A stretch of 61,600 nt of DNA. Source: Rhina ancylostomus (lineage: Eukaryota). The stretch spans positions 24,502,985 through 24,564,584 of the forward strand of contig JARFYF010000054.1 of NCBI GenBank assembly GCA_030265395.1. The letters run 5' to 3'. A model generated the notes under the pieces. The model did no database searches. It was not told where the DNA came from and saw only the letters and a program-made list of their open reading frames with translations. Below, in pieces: positions 54,401-61,600 of this stretch; positions within the stretch are counted from its first letter, which is position 1; each line of letters starts with the position of its first letter. The position numbers and the translations under genes are program-made.

Positions 54401-57400
54401 NNNNNNNNNNNNNNNNNNNNNNNNNNNNNNNNNNNNNNNNNNNNNNNNNNNNNNNNNNNNNNNNNNTGGAGAGAAAATAGAATGTGTGTAATCTATCACA
54501 AAATATAACAGCAGATTGTAAGAGCATTTACAAGTATGTAAAGAAGAAAAAATAGTTCAAGTAAGCATCACTTCAGTACAAGTGAGACAAGGAATTTATA
54601 ACAGGGAAGAAGGAAATGGCAGACATTGAACAAATATTTGTTATGTTCATCCACATCAGAAGGCACAAAAAGTAATACTGAAGTAGTAAACTATGGATAA
54701 AAAAGAGAAAGAAACATAGAACAATTAATTCCATTAGAGGAAAAAGCCAAACTAATGGGACAAAGGATGGACAAATAAATACCCTGGGTAAGATGGCCTT
54801 CACCTTAGAATTCTAAAAGATTTGTTGCAGAGATATTGGATATATTTTTGGTATCTTTCCAAATTCTCTAGATTATGAAAAACTTCCAGCACATTGGAAG
54901 ACATTAAATGTAACATGCATATTCAGGCAAGGATGGAGAGAGAAAATGGTACTAAGGCTAGTTAGCCTGTGAATAGTTGTAACTAAAGTGCTGAAATCCA
55001 TAAGGAAGTGATAACAAAGCATTTGGAAAAGCCTGATGTGATTAGGCAGAGTCACTATGTTGTTATGAAAAGGACATCTTGCTTAGCAGAATTATAATTC
55101 TTTCAGTGTGTCAAGGACAGAGAAAGGAGACCCGGTTGATATAACATATTTCAAATTCAGTTCACTTGGATTACAGTTTGATTGTGCTGAATGATGCACA
55201 TGCATGTTTGTTTATGCAAATTAGTGCAGACTAAGCATGTCTGTGTCAATCTGTGCAGGTTTAGATGTGTACTCACTGACTGGTACATGCTCCAATCCAA
55301 CTGACCTAACTTGTTGATGCAGGCCCTCCTGATGCCCCACTGGATGTTCAGATAGAAGCAGGCCCCACTCCTGGTGTTGTGCTGATCAGTTGGCTACCAG
55401 TGACCATAGATGCTGCAGGGACCTCAAATGGTGTGCGAGTCACTGGATATGCTGTCTATGCTGATGGGCAGAAGGTAAACTTTGCATTTTCCATAAGTAA
55501 TTTTTGGTTGGCTCTGTGCAGGTAAATGTCTTAACATTGGTTTCATATTGTTGTGCTTCTGCGTATCTTTCTCAGGGTTCCATAATTCACAGTGTCAATT
55601 CTCTGTGTTATACAATAGAAAGAAATATTTGTAGGAAAAAGATATAGAGTGTTCCTATCTTAGGGGTACTGCTCTTCATTTTCTTGGTATGTCATGGTGC
55701 ACAGATGCTGAGAACTAGCAGTCAGTACTGACAATGACAGTTTCAGTAAGTGAACTTAGTTCCACACAGCATCTTGCCAGGTGAGTTGTGAAGTGCAAGT
55801 TTCATATTTACCAATTGAACAACTGACAGCAAGGAAAACAATAAAAGGGTATTCAATCATGGCCAATCTGAGTGTCATTGCTAATTTGTCCAGAGGCTTC
55901 ATAACCTGGAGGAGTAAGAGTACTTATTCTAAAATGTTCTAGACATGAATTATGCCCCTCTTCTGTCATCTCTTCAAATTTCACAATTCCTTTGCACTCT
56001 TCCCACTGTTTATCTGTGATTGTGGCTGTGACATCCACATTTGAAGCACACTTCCCTATTATTGAAAATTACTCTTCACATCTGTGCAAATGTCATAATA
56101 CATTTCTGAGGATGCTGCATCATTTAACTCTAAAGGAATACTGTGAGATTTGTAATACAGAGTGTGTACATGCTCTGCATGTTGTAAAATAAAAACAGAA
56201 AACCACTCGGGATGTTGGGCAGCATCCAATGAGTAAATGTTTCAGTTTTATGACCTATCATAAGTAGTACAAGTTTTGGGTGTTAGTACCACTCATTGAA
56301 AACTTGCTGCATAAATTCAGTGGCTTTAATAAATTGAATGCTTGGAGAGTTTTGGTAAAACTTAACCTGAGTTTCTCAGGGCAATATAACTTTCTTTGCT
56401 GTCTTCTCAGATTATTGAAGTGACATCTCCCACAGCTGGTAGTGTGCTAGCCAGATCCAGCCAGATCCAGCTTCTGCAGATTTCTAAGGAACTCACTGTT
56501 CGTACCATGTCTCCTTACGGCGAATCAACAGACTCCAACCCCATCAAAATTCCTCAAGCACTGTTTACATTTCCTTTGCACCCTATGCCATTACAGACTG
56601 CTCCTGACAACAGTGTTCCCCTCAGTAATGAATTACCCAATGTAGAACTCAAGGATGAGGCTCTGCTTACGATAACTTGTGACAAGGTACTCAATAATGA
56701 CAGTGCCACAAGCTACAATGGAAATGAACAGGGGAACTATCCACCTGCTTTTAAAACCTTGAGTCAGGTGGCTGATACAAAGCCAAACTTTGAAGAGCCA
56801 TTGTGTATTCAAAAGGAAGATACCAAAATGGTAGAGAATTTGAAGGTAAGAGTCACTTGGGGTAAGGGGAGCTTTATATCTTTACCAATAACTTCATTGA
56901 AACAATATGTGTATTCGTTGGATAGAAAGCACCTTAAAAATGAATGTATGAACGGTTACATTATCTCTAATTGTTTTAGTTTGCAGTTATCTATTTTGGG
57001 GCAGAGGCTGTTTTCAGCCAATTGATCAGGGGGCTGGGTTACTTTAAGGTACTGGTTTGGAGGAGAGACTATCCAAATGCTGGTCTCGGTACATGTCCCT
57101 GTCTTGGGTGAGGCTGTCTAATTTGGAAAGATGCTAATTTTCTGGGGTGATTTGGTTGAGTGTCAGGTTTCACCAACAGATTTAGGAGGCAAATTGGTTT
57201 TGCTTTCTGGATTGGCAAGCAGCTTGTATGTAGTTTTTGTTGTGGGAAGATTAGAATTCTACATTGTAATAGTTATAACATTTTAAAGCTTTTTAACCAA
57301 TTAAAGTATATGACGAAAAACAATATAAAAAGCTACAGATCTAATATCTAAAGAGTAGACATCTTCTCAGTGATATTCAAACTTTATTCATTAATTTTCT

Positions 57401-57982
57401 GCATTGGGTCTTGATCCGATCTCTGCAGTTAACCTCTTCTGATACTGAGATTAAATGATTGCTTTATCCATGAAGTTCTCTTATTTCATCTATTATGACT
57501 ATATGAGCATCATCACATAAGCCTTACAAACAGGTGTGAGTTAACATAATTGATTGATTATTTCACAGGATAGTGCTACAGGTTTGTTGGATTCTTCTAA
57601 AGAGAACCGAGGTGAAGAACCAAAAGAAGAAGCAAACCATTTGGAAAATTCTCAGCTAAAGAGGCCAGTTGGCTTTCTTGATGAATTCCTTGTGGACTTG
57701 GAGCAGAAGGAAAATCTTGACATTAAGGAAGATTCTGAAGGGAAAAATTTGGAAAGTGATCCCAACGACCAGATGATGGAGAGAAGAACTATAGAAACAC
57801 CAATCAGCAGAATCCAAGAATCCAAGGAAGAGTTAGAATATGGTGCTTCCCTGAGTAATATTAGGGTGCCATCCATTGAGGAGTTTCTGACGGATTGTGA
57901 ATTAAAGCAGGAAAAAACACATGTTTCAGTGGATGAAGAGATGATTGAAGAGGGCCAGCTTGGATCTGGAAAAAACTATCAG
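6313..57982 (+). CDS. TSPOAP1: TSPOAP1 / RIM-binding protein 1 (BZRAP1), partial multi-exon gene (16 internal coding exons; 5' and 3' ends outside window)
   Basis: Exons with AG/GT(GC) boundaries and compatible phases join into one frame: coiled coil, SH3 ([26 protein letters not shown]...GLVPSNF) and 3 FN3 domains. Segments [18 protein letters not shown] and [12 protein letters not shown]...[28 protein letters not shown] match my recollection of TSPOAP1 rather than RIMBP2. Confidence 0.92.
7160..7500. mobile_element. Two convergent CR1 RT fragments (+ then -)
   Basis: + 7160-7310 [11 protein letters not shown]...LQQDLDQL; - 7310-7500 [14 protein letters not shown]...[11 protein letters not shown] (ORF 7185..7493). 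Confidence 0.6.
9545..9642. repeat. 35-bp minisatellite, about 2.8 copies
   Basis: Units ttgggagcatcttatgtctgaagtttggttattca / tttggagcctcgtatgtctgaagtttggctatcca / ttgggagtatcttatgtttgaggtctgg. Confidence 0.85.
10930..11820 (-). mobile_element. Penelope-like element remnant (RT C-terminus / GIY-YIG region)
   Basis: Reverse strand has EEQHL...LNTEFNNF-like end and a CxxCxxC linker (KCMKCNICP in ORF 11366..11779). Confidence 0.65.
13645..13865 (+). mobile_element. V-SINE, 5'-truncated, same family as 59668-59957
   Basis: V-domain tttcctccgggtgctccagtttcctcccac; tail atttcactgtgtgttttgatgtacatgtgactaataaagatatcttatctta. Confidence 0.85.
13870..14210 (-). mobile_element. CR1 3' fragment
   Basis: [19 protein letters not shown]...[15 protein letters not shown] (ORF 13926..14321). 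Confidence 0.9.
14894..14968 (+). CDS. TSPOAP1: Candidate TSPOAP1 exon, [25 protein letters not shown] (GC donor)
   Basis: T-rich tract + tttgacag| acceptor, GAG|gcaagt donor, 75 bp open, phase 0/0 fits neighbours; little recognisable homology. Confidence 0.6.
16205..17355 (+). mobile_element. CR1 3' fragment (RT + C-terminus + 3' UTR)
   Basis: [11 protein letters not shown], LVRPQLx[11 protein letters not shown]...RRNFFSQ; 3' hairpin gggccaaatggcc. Confidence 0.9.
18295..18650 (+). mobile_element. Deu-domain SINE (SacSINE1/AmnSINE-like), decayed
   Basis: atctaggctgacaatccagtgcaatac...ggtgccacctttcagatgag resembles the Deu core. Confidence 0.65.
19015..19330 (+). mobile_element. Deu-domain SINE, decayed
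   Basis: tRNA-like head gtcagctgtggctca...ggtttaagtccca followed by Deu-like body. Confidence 0.55.
19465..19600. repeat. Inverted repeat built from Penelope termini (41-bp arms)
   Basis: agaaaatgctggaaatactcagcaggtcacaccgcatctgt ... acagatgcagcctgacctgctgagtatttccagtattttct. Confidence 0.85.
19660..20230 (+). mobile_element. Penelope-like 3' fragment (GIY-YIG end + CT-rich tail + terminus)
   Basis: [12 protein letters not shown]...KLEK*HL...NIEFSIFR*; ends ccacagatgttgtttgacccactgagttcttccag. Confidence 0.75.
20651..20732 (-). mobile_element. tRNA-derived V-SINE head
   Basis: Reverse strand gtgtagcggttagc...ccgggttcaattccgg (A/B boxes); body lost in N gap. Confidence 0.8.
21035..21370 (-). 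mobile_element. Probable L1/Tx1-type 3' UTR fragment nested in the Penelope element
   Basis: Abrupt AT-rich block; reverse strand ends ttcaataaaaagattgaaaaagaaagaa (polyA signal + A-rich tail). Confidence 0.5.
21443..21480 (+). ncRNA. Minimal type I hammerhead ribozyme (Penelope-associated)
   Basis: CAGTC-CTGATGA-A-GGGTCTCAGCCC-GAAA-CGTT-GACTG: helix I CAGTC/GACTG, core CUGAUGA and GAAA, helix II GGG/CCC, palindromic AACGTT helix III, NUH triplet GUU. Confidence 0.85.
21600..21860 (-). mobile_element. CR1 RT fragment
   Basis: Reverse strand [10 protein letters not shown].../[18 protein letters not shown]. Confidence 0.65.
21873..22225 (-). mobile_element. Rex1/Babar LINE 3' fragment
   Basis: Reverse strand [21 protein letters not shown]...[14 protein letters not shown] (Rex1 C-terminal motif) and aataaacctga tail. 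Confidence 0.85.
22515..22825 (-). mobile_element. RTE LINE 3' fragment
   Basis: Reverse strand QRKRFKDVL ... SHIGLxxHLRTH; terminus caagtcatccttgatctggagggatcgcctaag. Confidence 0.75.
23230..23540 (+). mobile_element. CR1 RT fragment
   Basis: ADATDL...[16 protein letters not shown]. Confidence 0.65.
23552..23842 (+). mobile_element. HE1-like V-SINE with CR1-type tail
   Basis: tRNA-like head ...ccaggttcagtcctgacc, decayed V domain, tail ggtggtctgaaagg...gctgtatctctccatgac like the CR1 3' UTR. Confidence 0.7.
25935..26451 (-). mobile_element. Rex1/Babar LINE 3' fragment with possible 9-bp TSD (agtcaaagt)
   Basis: Reverse strand ...[28 protein letters not shown]; tail catgtaacaataaacttgactttgact; agtcaaagt at 25935-25943 and 26443-26451. 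Confidence 0.8.
26560..26592 (+). CDS. TSPOAP1: Candidate short TSPOAP1 exon, [11 protein letters not shown] (GC donor)
   Basis: tacttgcag| acceptor, TTG|gcaggt donor, 33 bp, phase 0/0; positional match to the mammalian ...EPEKEQRVQQL segment preceding ESELSKKRK (from memory). Confidence 0.55.
27751..27834 (+). CDS. TSPOAP1: TSPOAP1 exon, [28 protein letters not shown]
   Basis: ttttcacag| ... |gtatgt, 84 bp, coiled-coil motif ELxKKRKxCESxEQE. Confidence 0.9.
30401..30490 (+). CDS. TSPOAP1: TSPOAP1 exon, [30 protein letters not shown]
   Basis: ttacag| ... |gtgacc, 90 bp, ENARLxEExxRLS motif. Confidence 0.9.
30950..31620. repeat. Pyrimidine-rich low-complexity tract with degenerate ~24-bp tandem units near 31390-31500
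   Basis: C/T bias; units gatgttccgtctccctcacccgag / gatgttccatctccatcatcctag. Confidence 0.6.
32306..32428 (+). CDS. TSPOAP1: TSPOAP1 exon, [41 protein letters not shown]
   Basis: tgctgcag| ... |gtgaga, 123 bp, VTxERDS...LQxKLExLEQVLK motif. Confidence 0.93.
33011..33115 (+). CDS. TSPOAP1: TSPOAP1 exon, [35 protein letters not shown]
   Basis: tatgcag| ... |gtagga, 105 bp, RIM-BP family HMRExAxRRxQLxxEH motif. Confidence 0.93.
34199..34249 (+). CDS. TSPOAP1: TSPOAP1 exon, [17 protein letters not shown]
   Basis: T-tract + aattaag| ... |gtaagt, 51 bp, AQxEAxxEHEGxVQLLE motif. Confidence 0.92.
34850..36440 (+). mobile_element. Decayed RTE LINE (APE + RT N-terminus), with a Penelope terminus inserted at about 35505-35605
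   Basis: [13 protein letters not shown] (GDFNARVG-like), [36 protein letters not shown]. Confidence 0.75.
36751..36870 (+). mobile_element. V-SINE head (HE1-like)
   Basis: ggcagcacagtggtgcagctagta...caggttcaatcctgacc...tgtctgtgtggag. Confidence 0.75.
36971..37150 (-). mobile_element. CR1 fragment
   Basis: [23 protein letters not shown]...[10 protein letters not shown]. Confidence 0.85.
39110..40180 (+). mobile_element. Old CR1 3' fragment
   Basis: [32 protein letters not shown], decayed C-terminus. Confidence 0.8.
40588..40608 (+). CDS. TSPOAP1: TSPOAP1 21-nt microexon, NTLDCMQ
   Basis: ttttctcctgctaaag|AATACATTGGACTGCATGCAG|gtacac; phase 0/0; equals the xTLDxMQ heptapeptide between VQLLE and AxVRxLEE in RIM-BPs. 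Confidence 0.85.
41075..41490 (+). mobile_element. Deu-domain SINE, highly decayed
   Basis: gagaaggttgcaggttt head, gctgcattatcagtg...cttcagataagac Deu-like core, L2-like tail. Confidence 0.45.
42245..42495. mobile_element. Inverted pair of Penelope termini with degenerate hammerhead cores
   Basis: Left arm aaaatgttggaaaactcagccggtcaggcagca; right arm tgctacctgacctgtggaatttttccagcatttt; decayed CTGATAA/GAAA and CTAATGA/GAAA cores. Confidence 0.7.
42800..44580 (+). mobile_element. Decayed Vingi/Ingi-like LINE (RT region)
   Basis: [22 protein letters not shown]...[18 protein letters not shown] (YADD-like), LGPVPIKP...VFH, KLAGPTW. Confidence 0.55.
45207..45408 (+). CDS. TSPOAP1: TSPOAP1 exon, [37 protein letters not shown]...NGVESPVEK
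   Basis: ttccaccag| ... |gtaaca, 202 bp, phase 0/1. Confidence 0.93.
45670..46080 (+). mobile_element. Deu-domain SINE
   Basis: ttgtaggttcaggtccc head, cttcagatgagg...gaagccctgtctgctc core, tail acactttggaacatcctgaggtcatggaaggtgctttataaatgca. Confidence 0.65.
46081..46440 (-). mobile_element. RTE LINE 3' fragment
   Basis: Terminus aagcaagtcatcctcaatcccgagggactgccgaagatgaag on reverse strand; [12 protein letters not shown] zinc-knuckle remnant. Confidence 0.75.
47180..48830 (+). mobile_element. Penelope-like element split by a CR1 insertion
   Basis: [24 protein letters not shown] (GIY-YIG end); terminus ccacagatgctgcctgacctgctgagtttttcagcat resumes as agcattttctgattttg near 48788. Confidence 0.7.
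47746..48770 (-). mobile_element. CR1 3' fragment nested in Penelope terminus
   Basis: [39 protein letters not shown]1 3' UTR at the left end. Confidence 0.9.
49084..49334 (+). CDS. TSPOAP1: TSPOAP1 exon, (D)VESIPQPV...[10 protein letters not shown] (Ser/Gln-rich linker)
   Basis: ttttcctttag| ... |gtaagt, 251 bp, phase 1/0; ends in PKSCxTPE motif. Confidence 0.9.
50659..50768 (+). CDS. TSPOAP1: TSPOAP1 exon, [36 protein letters not shown] (start of SH3-1)
   Basis: aattacag| ... |gtaaat, 110 bp, phase 0/2. Confidence 0.94.
52388..52497 (+). CDS. TSPOAP1: TSPOAP1 exon, SH3-1 core [36 protein letters not shown]
   Basis: ctcttccag| ... |gtgtga, 110 bp, phase 2/1; canonical RIM-BP SH3. Confidence 0.96.
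52649..53458 (+). CDS. TSPOAP1: TSPOAP1 large exon: end of SH3-1, linker, FN3-1 and FN3-2 (contains 10-N gap)
   Basis: attttcag| ... GGAG|gtcagt, phase 1/1; ORF 52657..53466: [54 protein letters not shown]. Confidence 0.95.
54330..55150 (+). mobile_element. Old CR1 ORF2 internal fragment
   Basis: [44 protein letters not shown]. Confidence 0.65.
55323..55474 (+). CDS. TSPOAP1: TSPOAP1 exon, FN3-3 N-half (G)[50 protein letters not shown]
   Basis: gatgcag| ... |gtaaac, 152 bp, phase 1/0. Confidence 0.96.
56411..56845 (+). CDS. TSPOAP1: TSPOAP1 exon, FN3-3 C-half [13 protein letters not shown]...[16 protein letters not shown] plus linker
   Basis: gtcttctcag| ... AAG|gtaaga, 435 bp, phase 0/0. 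Confidence 0.92.
57569..57982 (+). CDS. TSPOAP1: TSPOAP1 exon, acidic low-complexity linker DSATGLLD...GSGKNYQ
   Basis: tttcacag| ... CAG|gtttgt, 414 bp open, Glu-rich, phase 0/0. Confidence 0.8.
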
Positions 57983-58944
57983 GTTTGTAAAGAATGAAAT
58001 CAGTAATCTTTTGGTGCATTCTTCAAACATAGCAGTACTGTTATTTAGGTGAGCATTCCAGTTGTATTGGGTAAAAAAGAGGGGTGAAATGGAGAGGAAA
58101 ATCAAGCATTCATCTTGCACATTTCTTTTCATCTAAGGGGCTTTATTTCAAATCCAGGCCCAGCTGATGGAAAGAAAACTTTGATACGAGGTGAAATGAT
58201 GAAATTAGTTTATGAAATTATCTAACATAGACTGCATAGGCCAAATGGTCTCCTCCTGTGACATAACAATCCTATTATTCATTCTGCTTTCGAGTAGACA
58301 CCAATCTCGAACCACTGAAAATGTTAAAATTGGACCTGAAAACCTGAAACATTTTTCAAACACTGACAAGATCACAAGAAATAAAATGAAATTGAGTTTA
58401 GCCAAGCTATTTAACATCAGCCTAATTTGCAAAGTGTATTGCCTCAATGGATATGAAATATATTTGAAAGTGTGCAGTTGATGACAAGCTGGATGCAAGA
58501 ATGTGTGGGTTGATAATGTAATGTGCTCATGTATCAGTAAGCTGTATCTTAAAGTGGAATGGCAAATATTCTATCTTTCATTCTATGAGGAACTCAAGAT
58601 CTCAGTTCTACAGCCTGCCAAGCAACAAGGAATATTCCCCGGAATAAAAAATACATCAGGCACAGGAGTGCGGTTTAAAGATAGCAGAAGGAAAGACTAT
58701 ATGTCCAGTATCTTATGTGTCCTAAAGTGTTAACATGATTTCTCATTATCTTATGTGATTAATCACCAAGGAAAAGGATATGTTTGTGTGTTATGAGGAG
58801 GAAATGATGATGCTGAAGATTGATAGTGATTCCTCTTAAAACAGGTTGAAAGCAATTGTTTTTATATTTCAAATTTAGGCCAGTTTTGATCTTTGCTCTC
58901 AAAGACACAAAAACATATTTTTCCAAATAAACTTAAAAAGAGAA

Positions 58945-58980
58945 GACATCACAGCGTGTACCGACATCACAGCGTGTACC
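58945..58980. repeat. Perfect 18-bp tandem duplication
   Basis: gacatcacagcgtgtacc x2. Confidence 0.9.
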
Positions 58981-59667
58981 AACCTCACCTTCTGTGGGCT
59001 CCCTTATCCATGTATTTCTGTTGGTTTAGGTGATGATGATCTTTAAACGTTTGTCCTTTGATGATACCAACTTGTCGCTCTTCTTTCCTATGGTAAAAGA
59101 GAAGACAAGACATAGCATGCCCACAACTTTGTTCCATGCGTAGGAGGCAGAACATGAATGGAAAGTGCCTTGCCCCTTCTAAAATAAACTAGAAGCCTTT
59201 CTTGCAATAAAAGGTATTTAAACTGGTTCTAAGAACAGAAAGTGTATGACTTTACAGGTTGCTCCTTGCAGAAATTAATTTCCATGATATTTGAGTGCTG
59301 AGAAATATACATACAGGCAAAGAGGTGAGTGAAATTGCATGAAGGAAAATGTCTATTAGCATTGAAGGTTTGGCTTAATGTGACCATCCACCTTTTGCAT
59401 TGTATCGAAGTTCATAAGGTACTGGAAGTTTCACCATCATAAATTCAATCTGTGCTGTGCTTCTTTTGGGTCTCATGCTCTCAGTGCCCATCAGGTGGCA
59501 CCAGCTAGCCTTCACTGCTGCCAGTAATGCTTACCTCTTGCAAAATTGAAAACTTGAGGATCCATTTGGCTCCTGGATACTCCAAGGCTGCCATTCCTCC
59601 CACCATTATATTGAACAGTATTACAGCCCTTGATCTGAACACAATGTAAGTTATTGGATAGTGTACT

Positions 59668-59957
59668 TTAAGATAATATATCTATATTAGTCACATGTAC
59701 ATCGAAACACACAGTGAAATGCATCTTTTGCATAGAGTGTTCTGTGGGGCAGCCCGCAAGTGTCGCCACGCTTCTGGCACCAACATAGCATGCCCACAAC
59801 TTCCTAACCCGTATGTCTTTGGAATGTGGGAGGAAACCGGAGCACCTGAAGGAAATCCACGCAGACACGGGGAGAATGTACAAACTCCTTACAGACACTG
59901 GCCAGAAGTGAACCCGGGTCGCTGGCACTGTAAAGCGTTACGCTAACCGCTACACTA
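59668..59957 (-). mobile_element. Near-complete tRNA-derived V-SINE
   Basis: Reverse strand: A box gtagcggttagcg, B box gggttcacttctgg, V domain ggtgctccggtttcctcccaca, tail atttcactgtgtgtttcgatgtacatgtgactaat. Confidence 0.88.
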
Positions 59958-60094
59958 AAAATAGGTATTTTCATGTAATGGTTAAGCCTTTTGAGACATG
60001 TTAATGGGTTCTTTCTGGTGTAGAGCCAACGTTTTAGATGAACTGAAAACAGAAAAAGCTGTAAGTCAGCAGGTCAGGCAGCATCTGTCAAGAG

Positions 60095-60550
60095 AGGAGA
60101 TTTACCAAGATGTTTCCAGGTATGTAATGTTTCAGTAACGAGGAGAGACTGGGTAGAGGTTCGTTTTCCTTGAAGCACAGGAGGCTGAGGGGATACCTGA
60201 TAGAGATGTACAAAATTATGAGGGGCATACCTTGGATAGACGCTAAGACACTTTTCCCATGACAGAGATGTCCAAGGGATGTAGGTTTAACGTAAAGGGT
60301 AAGAGAGTCAGAAGGAATCTGAGGAAGAATTTTTTCACCCAGAGGTCGCAATCTGGAACACACTGCCTGAGAAGGTGCTGGGGCAGATACTCTCACAACA
60401 CTCGGGGAGCATCTGGGATGCACGCTTGAATCAGCAAGGCATAGTAGGCTGCAGACCAGATGCTGGTAAATGGGATTAATATTGAGAAGTGCTTGATGGT
60501 CGGTAGAGACGTGGTGGGCTGAAGGGCCTGATTTTGTGGTCTGAGTCTAT
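60095..60550 (+). mobile_element. CR1 3' fragment
   Basis: RRFTKMFPGM, RRLRGYLIEMYKIMRG; 3' UTR ggtgggctgaagggcctg. Confidence 0.85.
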
Positions 60551-60654
60551 GAGAAATGCTGCGGGCCTTTCAGTTTAATGAGCTGAAAGGCCAACTTGCA
60601 TGTTGGAATTGCTTGCAGCTTGGTAAAGAAAACTATTTCCAAATTCTTCCCAGA

Positions 60655-61180
60655 GCTGAGATTAAGCAACACAGAGAGGACTAGAATATAAAAGCAAGGA
60701 TCTACAGCTGAGGCTTTATAAGGCATTGGTCAGACCATACCTGGAATATTGTGGGCAATTTTGTTGCCTGGAATGGATGGACGTAGTTATAAGGAAGGAT
60801 ATATAGGTTGGATTTGTTCTCACTGGAACTGGAGGTTGAGGGGTAATCTTACAGAGGTTTGTATGATTATGTGGGGCAAAGATAGGATGGATAGTCAGAA
60901 TCTTTTTCAAAGGGCATGGGAGTCTAGAACTAAAGGGCATAGGTTTAAAGTGAGCAGGGAGGAATTTAATGGAGATATAGGGGGTATGTTTTTGCACACA
61001 GAGGATGGTGTATATTTAAAATGAGCTACCAGAGGAGGTGGTGGAAGAAGATACTATCACAACATTTAAAAGGCATTTGGAAGCATATTGGATGGGAAGG
61101 ACATAGAGGGATATGGGCCTAATCTGGGCAGGTAGAATTAGTGTAGAAAGGCACTGTGTGTATATGTTTCTATGATTCAA
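60655..61180 (+). mobile_element. CR1 3' fragment
   Basis: LYKALVRPYLEYC, RLRGNLTEVC...ESRTKGHRFKV. Confidence 0.85.
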
Positions 61181-61469
61181 AAAAAAATTCTAAAGGTACA
61201 GATGAAAGTACACAATGTGAAAATATCAAATGCTAATCCAGTGGTAAGCTTGGAGACCAGAAAATCAGTGCGTCAAAGTTAAGAGTGTGCCTGATGGGCT
61301 TTAAACAACTATGAGCCAGTTCTGCAGTTTCTACAACAGCATACCTGCCTTTTCAAAGATGTTATCAAAATGTGCAGTTTGGCTCTGTTAAATATTACCA
61401 GGTATTATTCACCCTGCCTTGCCTACAATCAAAAAAGATAACATTGGCTTGTCAGTCTAAGGTAATCTT

Positions 61470-61600
61470 CTCCCTCTTAAGCATTCCCTTGGGACTGAGG
61501 ATGATTTGCTGCTTCTCCAGTTTTCTGGATTCTGAGGTGGCTAATGACTCCAATGTGGGAACTGCAGACCCTTTCAAAGATGGGGCAGGAAGTGACTGGT
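61470..61600 (-). mobile_element. RTE LINE 3' end
   Basis: Same terminus as 22515 and 46081 (cttaagcattcccttgggactgaggatgatttgct). Confidence 0.65.

Noticed and set aside
56846-57025. ORF extension past the exon donor as a C-terminal isoform
   Set aside because: Strong AAG|gtaaga donor at 56846 and an in-phase downstream exon; the read-through has intron-like composition

Overview
Eukaryotic vertebrate genomic DNA from a gappy short-read-type assembly. The repeat content points to a cartilaginous fish, probably a ray or other batoid (inference). The window lies inside one large + strand gene, TSPOAP1 (RIM-binding protein 1 / BZRAP1). I traced 16 in-frame coding exons from 6313 to 57982, covering the coiled-coil region, SH3-1, three FN3 domains and the start of the acidic linker; the start and stop codons are outside the window. 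The introns hold decayed retroelements: one nearly full-length CR1 LINE with esterase ORF1, many CR1 fragments, RTE, Rex1/Babar, a Vingi/Ingi-like LINE, Penelope-like elements, V-SINEs and Deu-SINEs. The most notable observations are a structurally intact minimal hammerhead ribozyme in a Penelope terminus on the sense strand of an intron, a 21-nt neural-type microexon, two consecutive candidate GC-AG introns, V-SINEs with two different LINE-type tails, and a duplicated acidic 'EEFL' motif in the linker. No prokaryotic systems or CRISPR arrays were seen, and I could not support a wholly new biological system. Homologue comparisons are from memory, not from database searches.
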